From Octopus vulgaris (taxonomy: Eukaryota), in NCBI GenBank assembly GCA_951406725.2, contig OX597827.1, forward strand, positions 4,030,001 through 4,094,000: 64,000 bases of DNA, written 5' to 3'. A program made the position numbers and the translations under genes. The notes below the pieces were generated by a model. It was given only the letters and a program-made list of their open reading frames with translations. It did not search any database and was not told the DNA's origin. Shown one piece after another: positions 25,644-39,486 of this stretch (the stretch's first letter is position 1; the number at the start of each line of letters is the position of its first letter).

Positions 25644-26346
25644 TGAGTGTGTTTGTGTGTCCTTGTGACTGTGTTTGTCCCCCATCACCCCTTGACCACC
25701 AGTGTTAGTTTGTTATGTCAACGTAACTTAGTGGTTTGGCAAAAGAGACTGATAAAATAAGTACCAGGGTTAAAACGATAAATACTCGAGGCTGGTTTGT
25801 TTGACTAAAAGCTTTACAAGGCAATGCCCCAGCATGGACACAGTCTAATGTCTGAAACAAGGATAAGAATAAAAGAATATATATTCACATGTATATATAC
25901 ATATATTTGTATACATACATTGTATGTATTCAAGAAGACACAAATATATTGTATAGAGTGGAAATAATGTTATAAAATAGTAGATGAATAATACTACTGT
26001 TCCATGACTTTTAAGATTCATGTTAAATAGACCATTCTTTAGTTTGGCAGTTTTATCTTAGAATTCTGGATCTTTGGCAGCGTACTTTCAACATCTATTT
26101 GGACAAGTGTATTGTGAAATGTTATTACATGATTGCTAAGTATCTGGTTTATATAGACATACATATGTATATGCACACACCAGGCATAATATATTCATAT
26201 GCAGACACATGCATGTATATATTCTGTGTCCTTTATAGTTATATGTATGGGTTACTTGGCAGCATAATACATGATGTGGTATGTGGAGGCACATGGCTTA
26301 GTGGTTGTGGTGTTGTACACACGGTCGTAAGATTGTGGTTTCAGTT

Positions 26347-26726
26347 GCTGTTGCTGTTGAGCAAACGGTCTTCGTCCCAGGGCTTGCAAGATGGGAGAAG
26401 TTCAAAACGTGGTCCTTTGCTATTCGTAAGACCTGCAGAAGAGAAAGCAGGTCAACCCCCGACACCGAGAGCATCGATAGATGGATGAATGCACATCCAG
26501 GCTCAGCGGTTGCATAGGAAGTCGGGGATAAGAAACAGGAAGAAAGAGTGAGAGAAAGTTGGAGTGAAAGAGTACAACAGGGGTCACAACCACCCCTTGC
26601 CAGAGCCTCGTGGAGCTTTAGGTGTTTTTGCTCGATAAACACACACAATGCCCAGTCTGGGAATCGAAACCGCGAACCTCCGACCATGAGTCTGCTGCCC
26701 TAACCATTGAGCCATTGCGCCTCCAC
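26347..26726 (-). mobile_element. SINE family 3 copy with a different tail, nested in an older SINE (26282-26880+)
   Basis: 13-bp TSD tgtggtttcagtt at 26334-26346 and 26727-26739. Confidence 0.9.
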
Positions 26727-27460
26727 TGTGGTTTCAGTTCCTGAACTGGGTGATGCATTGTGTTCTTAAGCCAAAGATTTCATTTCATGCTGCCCCAGTC
26801 TATTCAGCAGATTAAAACGAGTCATCCTACAATGAACCCACATCCTGTCCAGGGAAACTAGGAAACTGGCCCTATGTTTCTCACAGAGTAATAATTACTG
26901 ACCATATGCTGCAGTGTAGCTGAATGGAAAAATATGTTTGCTTCACACTAACAAGGTTACAGGTTTGGTCCACAGCATAGCATATTGGGCAAGGGCCTTT
27001 ACGATAACTTTACATTGACCCAAGAATTGTGGGTGAAGGCAGAAACACTTTGTAAGCTTGCTCAATGGATTACATATGTAATTCAAATCATATCATTGTT
27101 GATTCTGTCTGAGAACTGCATTAAGTGAACATTTGTCTGGCAAATAATCAGCTACTTATATGATAATAATTTTTGATGTTTAGATGATGATTTCTAATTT
27201 AGCTACTCATATGATAATAGAATTTGTATGTAGCTCACTCAAGCAATTGAATACTCCTTGTCAAATACAATAGGAATTCATTAGCTTAGAATTATAAGTA
27301 TTTTGCTGATTGAGTATTATACAGGATGGGCCAAAAAATCAGGCATCAAAACATTTGACATTTTTATTTATTCATATTACATTATTATTATTGTTGTTGT
27401 TATTATTCTTATTCTTATTATTCTTATTCTAATTCTTCTTATTCTTCTTCTTATTATTAT

Positions 27461-27960
27461 TGAGTTAGAGAGCAGTGAATGCCATCAAAGTGACACTGGG
27501 GTAAAATATACGAAGCTCAGTATACCCGTCATGACTACCCGTCTGATAAGGGTACACCAGGCACATGCATCACAACCATATGTGCGCGGGATGGTGATTT
27601 CATATCAAGATAAACATATGCATGACCTTGCAGGTGGGGCCCAGTTAGAATTTTCTTCAGTTAGACCATCCTGCTCAAAAGGTCCCTGAATAAGGGTTGT
27701 TTAAGGATGCTGAATGAAACACCCATGTTTCCAAAGGTAACTTATTCAAATTCCAAAGAATTCCTCTCAACACATGGCTATGATGCTCCCCCGCTACTTC
27801 TGCTCATGATCAGAGATGCACATATCGTCAGCCACCAAGGGACATGCTCAACTGGTTAAGGTCAAACAACTGACAAGCAAATCTGTGGTATTGAGCAGAA
27901 TATTTGCTGTAACCCATCTTTTAAACCAAGACAAAACAATGTACATGATAACACTTCAAT
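27461..27960. mobile_element. About 560-bp non-coding interspersed element in (ATT)n, copy 1 (truncated)
   Basis: Collinear with 47521-48080 and 48103-48575; preceded by ATT/CTT repeats. Confidence 0.85.
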
Positions 27961-28310
27961 TATTATTATCATATGAAAACTCACAGCTTATTTTGCTGGG
28001 TATGATGGAAAGTGTCAGCTGTCCACAGCCAGCAGGCTAAGGTGACACTTGTTTACTGGTCATGCTTCAAGAACCCTGCAAAGAATTCTTGCAGTTCCAA
28101 GCGATGCTGATTTTTGTAGGTGTTCTATCTTCACACTTGCATCAATCTTTTTCAGCCATGCTGGTAGTTGAGTGCTGAATTATTGCTGGGTCCTTGGGAA
28201 CAGTATTAGAAGACATGAAGAGGTTTGCCTTCTTGGCATGGACAGAATAATCAGGAAAAAGTGCGCCAATTACTATTGGTATCCCGTTTACTCTCTTCAT
28301 TGACCACAAT
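27960..28310 (-). mobile_element. R4/Dong-type RLE non-LTR retrotransposon 3' fragment
   Basis: Minus strand: LWSMKRVNGIPIVIGAL and IEHLQKSASLGTARILCRVLEA*. A short 3'UTR ends in TAA repeats. Confidence 0.72.
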
Positions 28311-28389
28311 AAATTAAGTACATTGGAATCAATGTAATCAACTAGTCCCCTCCACACAAATTTCAGGCCTTGTGCCTTTAGTAGAAAGG

Positions 28390-28633
<244 letters not shown>

Positions 28634-31252
28634 GACATTTGTTTGTTTCAGGTAAATTTCTACTGCATCACCTGCTACACCCCAGTGTTACTGGGGTGTG
28701 TGCAGCATTATGTGTTCTTTTTTGTTATTGGGGGAGTACAGACACTTTCCAGAACTGTATTGCATCACTTCATTTTGCTATGGAGTCTGGTTTATGTGTG
28801 TATTCATAATTATTTCAGTTATTCTATTATAATTTAGAAAATTTGAAGCTTGTTTTTGACAATTCCGGAGCGTATTGAATATATTTTGTGTGGGACTTTT
28901 GGCTCACCTTGAATCGTTCGTCATCATTTAACGTCCATTCTCCATGCTAGCATGGGTTGGACGGTTCGACTGGGTTCTGGGAAGCCAGAAGGCTGCACCA
29001 GGCTCCAGTCTGATCTGGCAGTGTTTCTACAGCTGGATGCCCTTCTTCCTAATGCCAACCACTCCGTGAGTGTAGTGGGTGCTTTTTACATGCCAGGTGA
29101 GGCTGGCAACGGCCACGATCGGGCTGGTGCTTTTTACGTACCACCGGCACGGAAGCCAGTCAAGGTGGTACTGGCATTGGCCACGTTCAGATGGTGGTTT
29201 TCACGTGCCACTGGCAATTTCAATAGGACCAGGAACAAGTGCAATGTAAAATATATCATGTGTGGTATACTGTGTGAAATGTAAAATATACTATGCATGG
29301 TATACGGCAAGATTACCCACTAGATGAGCAGTAGAGTACTATACCTTAATTGTGTTCCACAGAATGATTATAATTAGTTCAGATGAATTTTTAAAACTTT
29401 CTGTATTTCAAGAAAATCTCAGACTTCTTATTTAAATAATCATTTGAAGTTTTAAGTTTGTATAAAATATTAAAAAAATATTCTTCAAAACACATAAGCT
29501 GCAAATTTTGGAATCATTGGGTATAAAGTTTACATTGGTTCAGAATATTTCCATATATGCAAAAAATGCTAACTTCCTTGTCTTTTAATTTTTTTAAAGA
29601 TCTTGAAAAGTTGCCTTGTTTTAATTTCTTTTTGATTGTAGTAGCAGTTCTAATACATTATCCCAACCATAGCTATGTAGTATTTGTGGTGAAATTATTA
29701 TTACTGTTATTATTTGAATGAATATTCTTCAGGAGAATAGATTACTGCTTATCTATTCCACTTCTTTTTGAAAGGGCATAACTCTTTATTATCGTAATTA
29801 TTTATTATTGCATGTGTATTTAGTAAATCTTCCATAGAATTCCATAGAATTAACATGACTGAATAAATTCCAGTTTCTCTTGTTTAATGGAACATCTACA
29901 TCAATTGGGACAAACACAAACACATACACAAACATATATAAATACATATATACAACGAGCTTCTTTCAGTTTCCATCTACCAAATCCACTCACAAGGCTT
30001 TGGTCGACCCGAGACTATAGTAGAAGACACTTGCCCAAGGTGCCACACAGTGGGACTGAACCCGGAACCATGTGGTTGGTAAACAAGCTACTTACCACAC
30101 AGCCATAGCTATGTAGTCCAATTCTAGAATATAAGTTGAACTGAATATTTCAGTGTTTGAGATTGATGCTGAGCCCCAGATCACCCTAGCTTTAAAGGAC
30201 ACATGACTAAAGTTGTTCCACACTGAATCATCTCATTATTTTTGTATAGCCAAGACTTCAGTTTCTCATATGTCCATTCTTTTTTTTAATTTGGCAAAGT
30301 GTAATTTGAAAGAATTTGGAGATTACAAATCAAATAGCCAGCTCCCTTAATTGCTCTTTTCAGTGAGATGTTGCTGAATAAGTACCAAATCATTTGGGGA
30401 ATGTTACTTTCAATATATTGGGTTCTATACAGGAAGATTTCAATCTCATCATACATTGGACAACATGAAAATCTTGTCTAATTTAAGCATTGGCTTAATT
30501 GATCTGAGCAGTTCTAAGAAACATTTAGACTCATTGATCTATAAAGGCTATAAAATGTTTAAGTGTATCTGTGAGGAATGGCAAAAGTGAAGCAACTGAC
30601 ACTGCTACCCATAGGCTGGCAGGCTCATGCTCTGGTTGCATATTAGTCAAGTCATCAGCAGCATGGAGGTTAACTCATAGGTAAAGACTGAACTCTTAAT
30701 CTTCCAATTATCAAGCAGATGCTTGCAAGATTAAGTTATCACAAGTTCTATAGAACTTAATTGCTTTCACATTCAATATATTCCTTAATATCTACAATGG
30801 AAACTAATCAGCACACACACCATGTGTATGTCCTTGCATAGAAGAGACAAATATATGTTTGTGCATGGATATCAATACTTATTATAAGTATATAAGCATA
30901 GATGCATGCAAACACTTTCACAAGAATGTATAAATACATGCTCACAATAGTAAACAAAGACACAAACACTCATATATATGATTAGTGCACGAATTTACCC
31001 ATACATAATCAGTTCATGTGCATTGCACATGCAAACTAAATTAATCAATATATATATGTATATGTATATATAAACATACATGTATATGTGCATGTATACA
31101 TATAAGTTTGTACTTACACACAGACACAAATACACACATATATATATATGTATATGTATATATGTTATGATATGTATGTAAATCTATACATTTATGTTTG
31201 TATGTGTATACATATAGATATGTAAGTATGTGTGCATGTGTGTGTGTGTATG

Positions 31253-31322
<70 letters not shown>

Positions 31323-32985
31323 TTTATCTACATCTATATCTAGCTAATCTATCTTTCTATATATAGAGGTAGATATATCTGTACCCATTCTATATTCACT
31401 TGTCTCTCCAGCATCTCTCCTTCCTTTCATTGTACTATGCCATCCATAATTGTGAGGTAAGTGAAAGTTGAATGCCTCCACTACCTAATTCATGCTACAA
31501 CATTTTTCTATAACTTTCTGAATGAGCAGGGAAGGATTGCACCCTACAAACTTTATTCAACTTCATTTGAATCTTTTGCTCCACGTTCACTTGAGCATGT
31601 TATTTTGAAGATACACTCAGCCTCCTTGTCAGAACCATCTTGGCTCTTCTTCATTTACACTTCTATCCACCTATATAACATAAAGCAGAGTAGCATTTTA
31701 TCACCCACTCAACCTATCCTGCAATCATTACAACTCTCTGACTCTCTGTCAATAAATTTCCTAACACTAATTTTTATCTTTCCAGCCTATTACTTCGTTT
31801 CTTAATATTGTTTCTGTAAGTCTCCACCTGCTACCTTCTCTCAATGATATTGAGTGTACTTTTTATAATTTTTATAGGTTAGGTTGACCTTAGGAATACC
31901 CCATTAAAATTATATCAAAATCCATTCATAACTTTTAGAGTTGTCAATTTCGGCCCAACCCTGTATGCACTCAATTTCTACAGTACCATCAGTGTACTTA
32001 ACGTATGTAAGATGGTAATTTACATGAAACTGGAGGGTCACAGAAAGAAACAGGTGTTATATTCATGATCTACACGCAAAATACCCATAAAAAGATTATT
32101 CTCATTTCCATTTACTTTTTCATTGTTATACAGTAAAATTAGGTAAAAAAAAATCAGGTATTTTAAGCCCATTCCATCTTTCTGTATACACATATTATAT
32201 ACATTCTGTATACACTTCCTATATACATACTTACTATTTTTAAAGATAGAAATAAAGGAATGTAAAATAGAAAATAAAAGATATATATATTTGTAAATTT
32301 GAATATATCTATTTGTATATGCACATATGTACAATTCTTACATGCATTCTTACAGTTTATAAAAAACAGAAAAGATATACAATATAATAAAGTTAAATAA
32401 AATAAAATATAATTTAATATGCTGACATAGGATTAAAATAGAATATATTCACTCATATTTATTTATATATGGACATGTATACATTTCTATAAGATATTCT
32501 TAGCCTAGGTTCAAACCACATACAAGATGATGTATATAGTTTGATGTATATATATATATACACACATACCTGCTATTTTTAAAACCAGAGATAAATATGT
32601 ACAATATGGTGAAGAAAAATTGAATTAACAACAAAAAAGGAAAACAGAGCAGATGGTATCAATAGAGTTTCAAACATTAATTGTCTTAGCAGAACTACAA
32701 AAATGAGCATTTTAGCCTGTGGTTGCATCAAATAAATCTTTCAGAGTACCTATTCACAAGTTTACCTATACACATTAAAATGCATAACATCATCTCAGAA
32801 CAGAGATTGCAAGATCTTGAGAACATGTTGTGTGGATATGCATTTTTCATTATTGTCTGTGTTGATGTTGCACTTTTCCTTCCTTAGGTTTCCAAACCAG
32901 GTCAGCAAGTGATGTGCAGTGACTCTTGTTTGCATTCTATTTCTACAAGGTTTTACCTGAATCTTATTTGAATATTATAAATATT

Positions 32986-33079
<94 letters not shown>

Positions 33080-33083
<4 letters not shown>

Positions 33084-33310
33084 AGAGTTCACGAAAAAAA
33101 CAACAAAAGATGAAGACAGGTGGTGTACAAAACAAACAAATGTATTAGTATAATGCTCAGGAATAGAAAAGTCTTTTATGTTTCAAGCCTACGCTCTTCT
33201 ACAAAAAGGGACACAGAAAAAAACAAGGAGAGAAACAGGGAGACAAGAAAACAATGTGTGTAGTGGCTACCAATCTATCATGGCGACTGCTAGACAGAAG
33301 GGTCCGAATA
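33080..33310 (-). mobile_element. Family B Penelope-like terminal repeat
   Basis: Minus strand: CTTT TTGTAGAA GAGC gtag GCTT GAAA CA TA AAAG. Adjacent to a long (TA)n. Confidence 0.65.
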
Positions 33311-34377
33311 CATATAGATATTTATATATATATGAATAATAATATAAATAATATATAAATATATGCATATATACATACATATATGTACATACCTACATAT
33401 ATATGTATATATACATGCATATATGGGTACAGAACATCAAAAAAATGAGGACAGAATGAGAAACGAGAACATAAAAAACAAAAACATAGAAAACAAAATT
33501 TTTTCGAACAACGAAAGAAACAAACTGTGTGGCCAATAAAGAAACTTATCTATATATATATATCTGTCTGTCTGTCCAACTATCTGTCTGTCTCTCTATT
33601 TAAAGTACCAGTCAAGAATTGTCTACATTGATCAATTAGTATAGAGAATTCTCGACCGGTCCTTTTGAGCGATTACAATCCCTGTCAGTACATATGTATA
33701 CATTGATGTGCTTTAACTACAACATCAGAGCTTTTTAGCTCTTATTTCAAGCAATGTAGGTGTTCTAGCACTCTAGTCATATTTAGTCACAATTATAATT
33801 TTCCTTTTTGGTAAAACATTGCACACAGCTGTCTATATTAATTTTATGTTTGTATACACACACACATGCAAACACACACACACACACATTTATATATATA
33901 TAGCTTTGTTTTATATTATTTTATACAACCAAAGATTCTTTGTTTATGAGACCTGATGTTTTAATTTGCACTGCACTTTCAGTGCAAAAAATCTCAGGCA
34001 TTACACTTTCATTCAACCATGTCTGAGATTGATTTAATCAAACCTTCTGTTTAGGAAAATCTAATTCTATATGAAATCAGCTGATAACATTTTGGTCATA
34101 AATGGTGCTTAATTGAAAACATTTCATTGAAAATGTGCCCCTGCCTCTATTATCTTAAATGGTGTGTGTACATTTTCTAGTCTCTAACATATCAACATAT
34201 ATTAGGCAAATATACATACATACATATATATATATATGAGTGTGTATGTACACACCCACACACACATATATATTCCTTTATATACATATGTATATGAATG
34301 TGCATATGTATGTGTGTATATTTAGATATATATATATGTATATATATATGTGTGTGTGTTTTGAATTGCTAGACAGT

Positions 34378-34550
34378 GTGTGAGAGAAAATTGTGATGTC
34401 ACAGGAGAGAAATACGTCCGCATGGATGATGGTGCACTTGCTTTCGATGTTTCTCAAAAGAAAGAGGCTTGGGGAAGCCATTATGAGAGACTGCTGAATG
34501 TGGAGAATGAATGGGAGGAGGAGAACCTGCCAAATGTTGACCCAGAAGAG
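34378..34550 (+). mobile_element. RTE LINE ORF fragment (EN-RT linker)
   Basis: EKYVRMDDGALAFDVSQKKEAWGSHYERLLNVENEWEEENLP fits the W..Y.E.LLN.EN motif. Confidence 0.75.
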
Positions 34551-34821
34551 TGAATTCTGTGTCGGTGGCACGTAAAAAGCACCAACCGATTGTGCTTGTT
34601 GCCAGCCTCCCTGGCACCTGTGCCGGTGGAACGGAAAAAGCACCCACTACACTCACGGAGTGGTTGGCATTAGGAAGGGCATTCACCTGTAGAAACACTA
34701 CCAGATCAGACTGGAGCGTGGTGCAGCCTCCTGGCTTCCCAGACCCCGGTTGAACCTTCCAACCCATGCTAGCATGGAAAACGGGTGTTAAACGATGATG
34801 ATGATATATATATATATATAC

Positions 34822-34975
34822 TTTTTTTTATTAAAGTTGCAAAAACATTACAATAACTGTCACTCAGAGTTTCATATTCCTCTTTGTTGGACTGTTGTGA
34901 CAATTGCACTCGGTATCCAAGTGCTATCTTTTCCACCTTGTTTAGCATTTATGTACTTACTCATATATCTATCTA
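34822..34975. mobile_element. Diverged family-A-like inverted remnant
   Basis: Decayed minus-strand hammerhead (gaaactctgagtgacag) joined to a plus-strand tail ttttccaccttgttt..atttatgt. Confidence 0.55.
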
Positions 34976-35029
34976 TCTCTCTCTCTCTCTCTACATATAT
35001 ATATTTATATATTTATATATTTATATATT

Positions 35030-35460
35030 TATCATCATCATCATCATCATCATCATTTAGCGTCCGTTTTCCATGCTAGCATAGGTTGGACGGTTCAACT
35101 GGGGTCTGTGAAGCCGGAAGGCTTCATCAGGCCCAGTCAGATCTGGCAGTGTTTCTACGGCTGGATGCCCTTCCTAACGCCAACCACTCCGTGGGTGTAG
35201 TGGGTGCTTTTTACGTGCCACCCATACAGGTGCCAGACAGAGCTGGCAAACGGCCATGAACGGATGGTGCTTTTACGTGCCACCGGCACGGGGGCCAGGC
35301 GAGGCTGGCAACGGACACGAGTGGATGGTGCTTTTACGTGCCACTGGCACGGGGGCCAGGCGAGGCTGGCAACGGACACGAACGAATGGTGCTTTTTACG
35401 TGCCACCGGCACAAGGCCAGTCGCGGCGGCACTGGCAACAGTCACGAACGGATGGTTCTC
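35030..35460 (-). mobile_element. RTE-tailed SINE-like family 4 with internal about 61-bp tandem units and (GAT)n tail. Others (approximate): 21375-21597-, 28920-29215-, 34560-34805+, 39820-40162+, 42380-42720+, 49890-50063+, 51445-51630+, 58665-58790+, 61995-62375-
   Basis: Shared ggcgttaggaagggcatccagc and cccatgctagcatggaaa.cggacgttaaa(cgat)n; variable unit number. Confidence 0.88.
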
Positions 35461-36117
35461 TTATATATATATACATAATTATATACATTTATATATAAAT
35501 ATATATATATATTTTTCTACTCTAGGCACAATGCCTGAAATTGTGGGGGAGGGGACCAGTCAATTAAACTGACCCCAGTGCACAATTGGTACTTAATTTA
35601 TCGACTCCCAAAGGGAAGACGGCAAAGTCGACCTCAGCAGAATTTGAAATCAGAGCACAAAGACAGAGGAAATACCGCTGAGAATTTCACCCGGCGTGCT
35701 AACGTTTCTATAATATATATATATTACAGTATCGACCAGATAATTCAGCATGATCATACACCACTGGTCAAAATGTATTTTGCATTATTTTAGCTTTTGA
35801 ATGATGCCATCCCACTCGCTAGGCAGACAGGCCAACATTCAGCCAGAATAGAATGCAAGTCCATTGCAGGCTCAGCCATTTACAACTGAGTGGATTGGTG
35901 CAACATGAAAGGAAGTATTTTTGCTCAAGAACAGAATGCATTACCCAATACAAGGATTGAAAGCACTACATTGCAATTATGAGTTCAGCACCCTAAACCC
36001 TAAGCCATGGCCATCCACACATAGAGATACACATATATACGTATGTATATATGTAAATATATATACATATCTATGTATATATATTTATAAATATATGTGT
36101 AAATACATATACATATA

Positions 36118-36155
<38 letters not shown>

Positions 36156-36392
36156 CATATATGTATGCATATAAAAGTATAGTATAGTGTACTAGATGTC
36201 ATTTCCCTAAAGAAAAATGTTCTCTCAATAGATTTCTGGTGTAACAATTTTATAGAGAGTATTAAAAAGTTCAATGCCTCTTAGTGACTACTAGTTTGAT
36301 GTTTCGACTGAAGATTCCAGTCTGGGATCAAACAAGTAGTCACTCTAAGGCACACAACATTCCAATAATCACAATAATATGTGTGTCTATAG

Positions 36393-36454
<62 letters not shown>

Positions 36455-36579
36455 CTACAGACACATTGTGAGTGTACTTAAATATATATATATATGCACA
36501 TACACATATAGTTATATATATACATATCTGTATGAGTGGAAACACATATATATAATGTATATATATATAATGTGTGTGT

Positions 36580-36666
<87 letters not shown>

Positions 36667-36915
36667 TATATATATATAAATATATATACATTATATATAT
36701 ATATATATATAAGTATATATGAATATATGTGCACACTACCACAAGTTCACCATATACAAAATGGCTCTCAAATTTCATTGTACCCATTCACCCTACCATG
36801 CGTGCACATATGAACATACATACATTGGAAGATAGATCAATATACACAGAAGTTCTTAAAGCTGAAAGGATATATATGTGAGTGTGTGTGTGTGTAATAT
36901 ACATACATACATACA

Positions 36916-36950
<35 letters not shown>

Positions 36951-37126
36951 CATACATACATATATATATAAATACATGCATACATAAATGCATCTGAGCG
37001 TCCAATAATACTATATTTGTTCCATGTCCTCGCGTTGTGTTTTTTTTTGTGTTTTCTTGTTTGGATTAACTATATATATATATATATATATATACATATA
37101 TACATATACATTACATATACATACAT

Positions 37127-37162
<36 letters not shown>

Positions 37163-37717
37163 ACAGACTGATAGATAGATAGAGATAAACAGAAATAGAT
37201 ATGTCTAAACATGTATATCTATATATATAATATATATATATATATACACAATATTTGTGTATATATGTGTGTATCTATGTAAGTATATATATGTATATAT
37301 ACACACACATACATCACTTCTCTATCATGTTACACATATGTCTGCATTCAGTGAATCAATATATAAGCTTATACATAGATCAGCATAAATCAATACACAT
37401 TTCCACACACACACGTGCATGCACGTTTCCATTTATACATTTATATACGCAGTCATGTGAGTTTTGTCTCCCACCCTTAATTTTTCAACTTCCTTTTCCT
37501 TTTCCATTTCTCACCAACACCCACAATATGAAGCTATGTAACACACATACATACACATAGAAATACACATCCCTAAACTCACAAATGCATGAATGGAACA
37601 AATGAACATACACACACAAATTCATGCAAACTATCAGTTTTCTGTATCTCTGTTTCCCAACTATACATATGTACCACTAAATATATGTGTGTGTGTGTGT
37701 GTGTGTAGATATGTATG

Positions 37718-37766
<49 letters not shown>

Positions 37767-37768
<2 letters not shown>

Positions 37769-38173
37769 TCTTTTACTCTTTTACTCTTTTACTATTTTAC
37801 TTGTTTTCAGTCATGCTGGAGCACTGCCTTTAGTCAAGCAAATCAACCCCGGGACTTATTCTTTGTAAGCCCAGTACTTATTCTATCGGTCACTTTTGCT
37901 GAACCGCTAAGTGACGGGGACGTAAACACACCAGCACCGATTGTCAAGCAATGCTAGAGGGACAAACACAGACACACAAACATACACACACACACACATA
38001 TATATACATATATACGACAGGCTTCTTTCAGTTTCCATCTACCAAATCCACTCACAAGGCTTTGGTCGGCCTGAGGCTATAGCAGAAGACACTTGCCCAA
38101 GATGCCATGCAGTCGGACTGAATCCGGAACCATGTGGTTGGTTAGCAAGCTACTTACCACACAGCCACTCCTG
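37767..38173 (-). mobile_element. SINE family 1, full copy
   Basis: Reverse complement of the family consensus. Confidence 0.92.
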
Positions 38174-38690
38174 TGTCTATGTATGTAATACAAATATATA
38201 TAAGCACATATATGGGTATTATTAATAAAAGTATTATCATAGGCACAGGCATGGCTGTGGGGTGAGAAGCTTGCTTCCCAACCACATGGTTCCAGTTTCT
38301 GTATGTATGTATATATATATATATATATATCTTATATGTGTGCATTTGTGTTTGTCCCCAACGACCAATTGACAACCTGTGTTGGTTTGTTTACAGCCCT
38401 GTAACTTAATGGTTCAGCAAAAGTGATTGATAGACTAAGCACCAGGCTCTAAAATACTAATTAGTGGGGTCAATTTGTTTGACTAAAACTCTGCGTGGCA
38501 GTGCTCCAGTATGGCCATAGTCCAATGACTCAAACAAGTGTAAAAGATAATGTCTGTAATACACATATATCAGTATGTAATATAGACATACAGAGATGTT
38601 AACACATGATGAAATAAATGTATATAATACAATGGCGGTGCCCTAGCATGGCCACAGCTCGTGAGCTGAAACTAGAATCAATCAATCAAT

Positions 38691-39049
38691 ACTAGCAGTA
38701 TCGTCTGGAGTTGCTTGGGTTTGTTTTGACCCTTTAGAATTGGAATTTTTGAAAAGTAAAAATTTTGCACTATGCAGCTTGTTATTCTCTTTAAGTGAAC
38801 ATTTTTCTGGTTGAAATACACCGAAAAATCGTAAAAAATAGGGATTTTCATAGAAAAAAAAGCACCTTTTTGATGTAAATAGTTTTTGGTGTGAACACGG
38901 TCCGATTTCTACGGAAGGAAGAACAAGCCTTTTTCTATCATACTCTCAATTTTGGTCAACTTGCGCCGCAGGGTCTCGGAGGAGATAATGTTAGTTGAAG
39001 GCTACCAAACCTACCATACACAGACAACTTCAGCATTATATATAGAGAG
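38691..39049 (-). mobile_element. Non-autonomous Helitron-like element
   Basis: Minus strand begins tctctctatatataatgctg and ends with a decayed GC hairpin plus CTAG|T. Confidence 0.55.
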
Positions 39050-39110
39050 ATAAACATCTCCACACACGTGTAGTATTAATGTATCTCCATATACCCGAGT
39101 ATTATGCACA

Positions 39111-39149
<39 letters not shown>

Positions 39150-39150
<1 letters not shown>

Positions 39151-39486
39151 ATGCATTTTAATTTCCATGTATTAATTATATTTCCTTCATTAAGGTCAAT
39201 ATGTATTTTATTCAATGTAAGGTTTTTCCTCGAATTTTATAATTTTTATAATTTTTATATATATACATATATATTTTTTGAGCTCATTTTTGTTTATCGC
39301 TCGAAGATTGACCGTTATTTCTAAAGGGCCAATCAAACAAGTCCATTTTTTTAAAGGTGTAGCGTTTGTAATAGTCTTGATAGAATTGACATATCGGTTC
39401 CATTCTAGCAAAAACTGTCTGACGAACGGCAACGGGAAACTCAGAGTAACAGGTTTTGTTGAATTTTTTGCTGCTTTAAATAAAGT
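39150..39486 (+). mobile_element. Longer family A terminal repeat with hammerhead at 39415-39452
   Basis: CTGT CTGACGA aCG gcaa CGg GAAA CTCAGAG TA ACAG; ends aataaag-(TA)n. Confidence 0.8.

Noticed and set aside
31530-31670. Minus-strand exon-like segment (MKKSQDGSDKEAEC..)
   Set aside because: All frames from the acceptor stop early and there is no strong donor.
32888-32949. Plus-strand exon candidate after cttttccttccttAG (also one near 46970-47085)
   Set aside because: Opposite strand to the best exons, with a weak donor here and a short acceptor tract at the second site; no other support.
35200-35460. CRISPR-like repeat/spacer appearance
   Set aside because: The intervening segments are homologous to each other, so this is a tandem unit within a retroposon in eukaryotic DNA.
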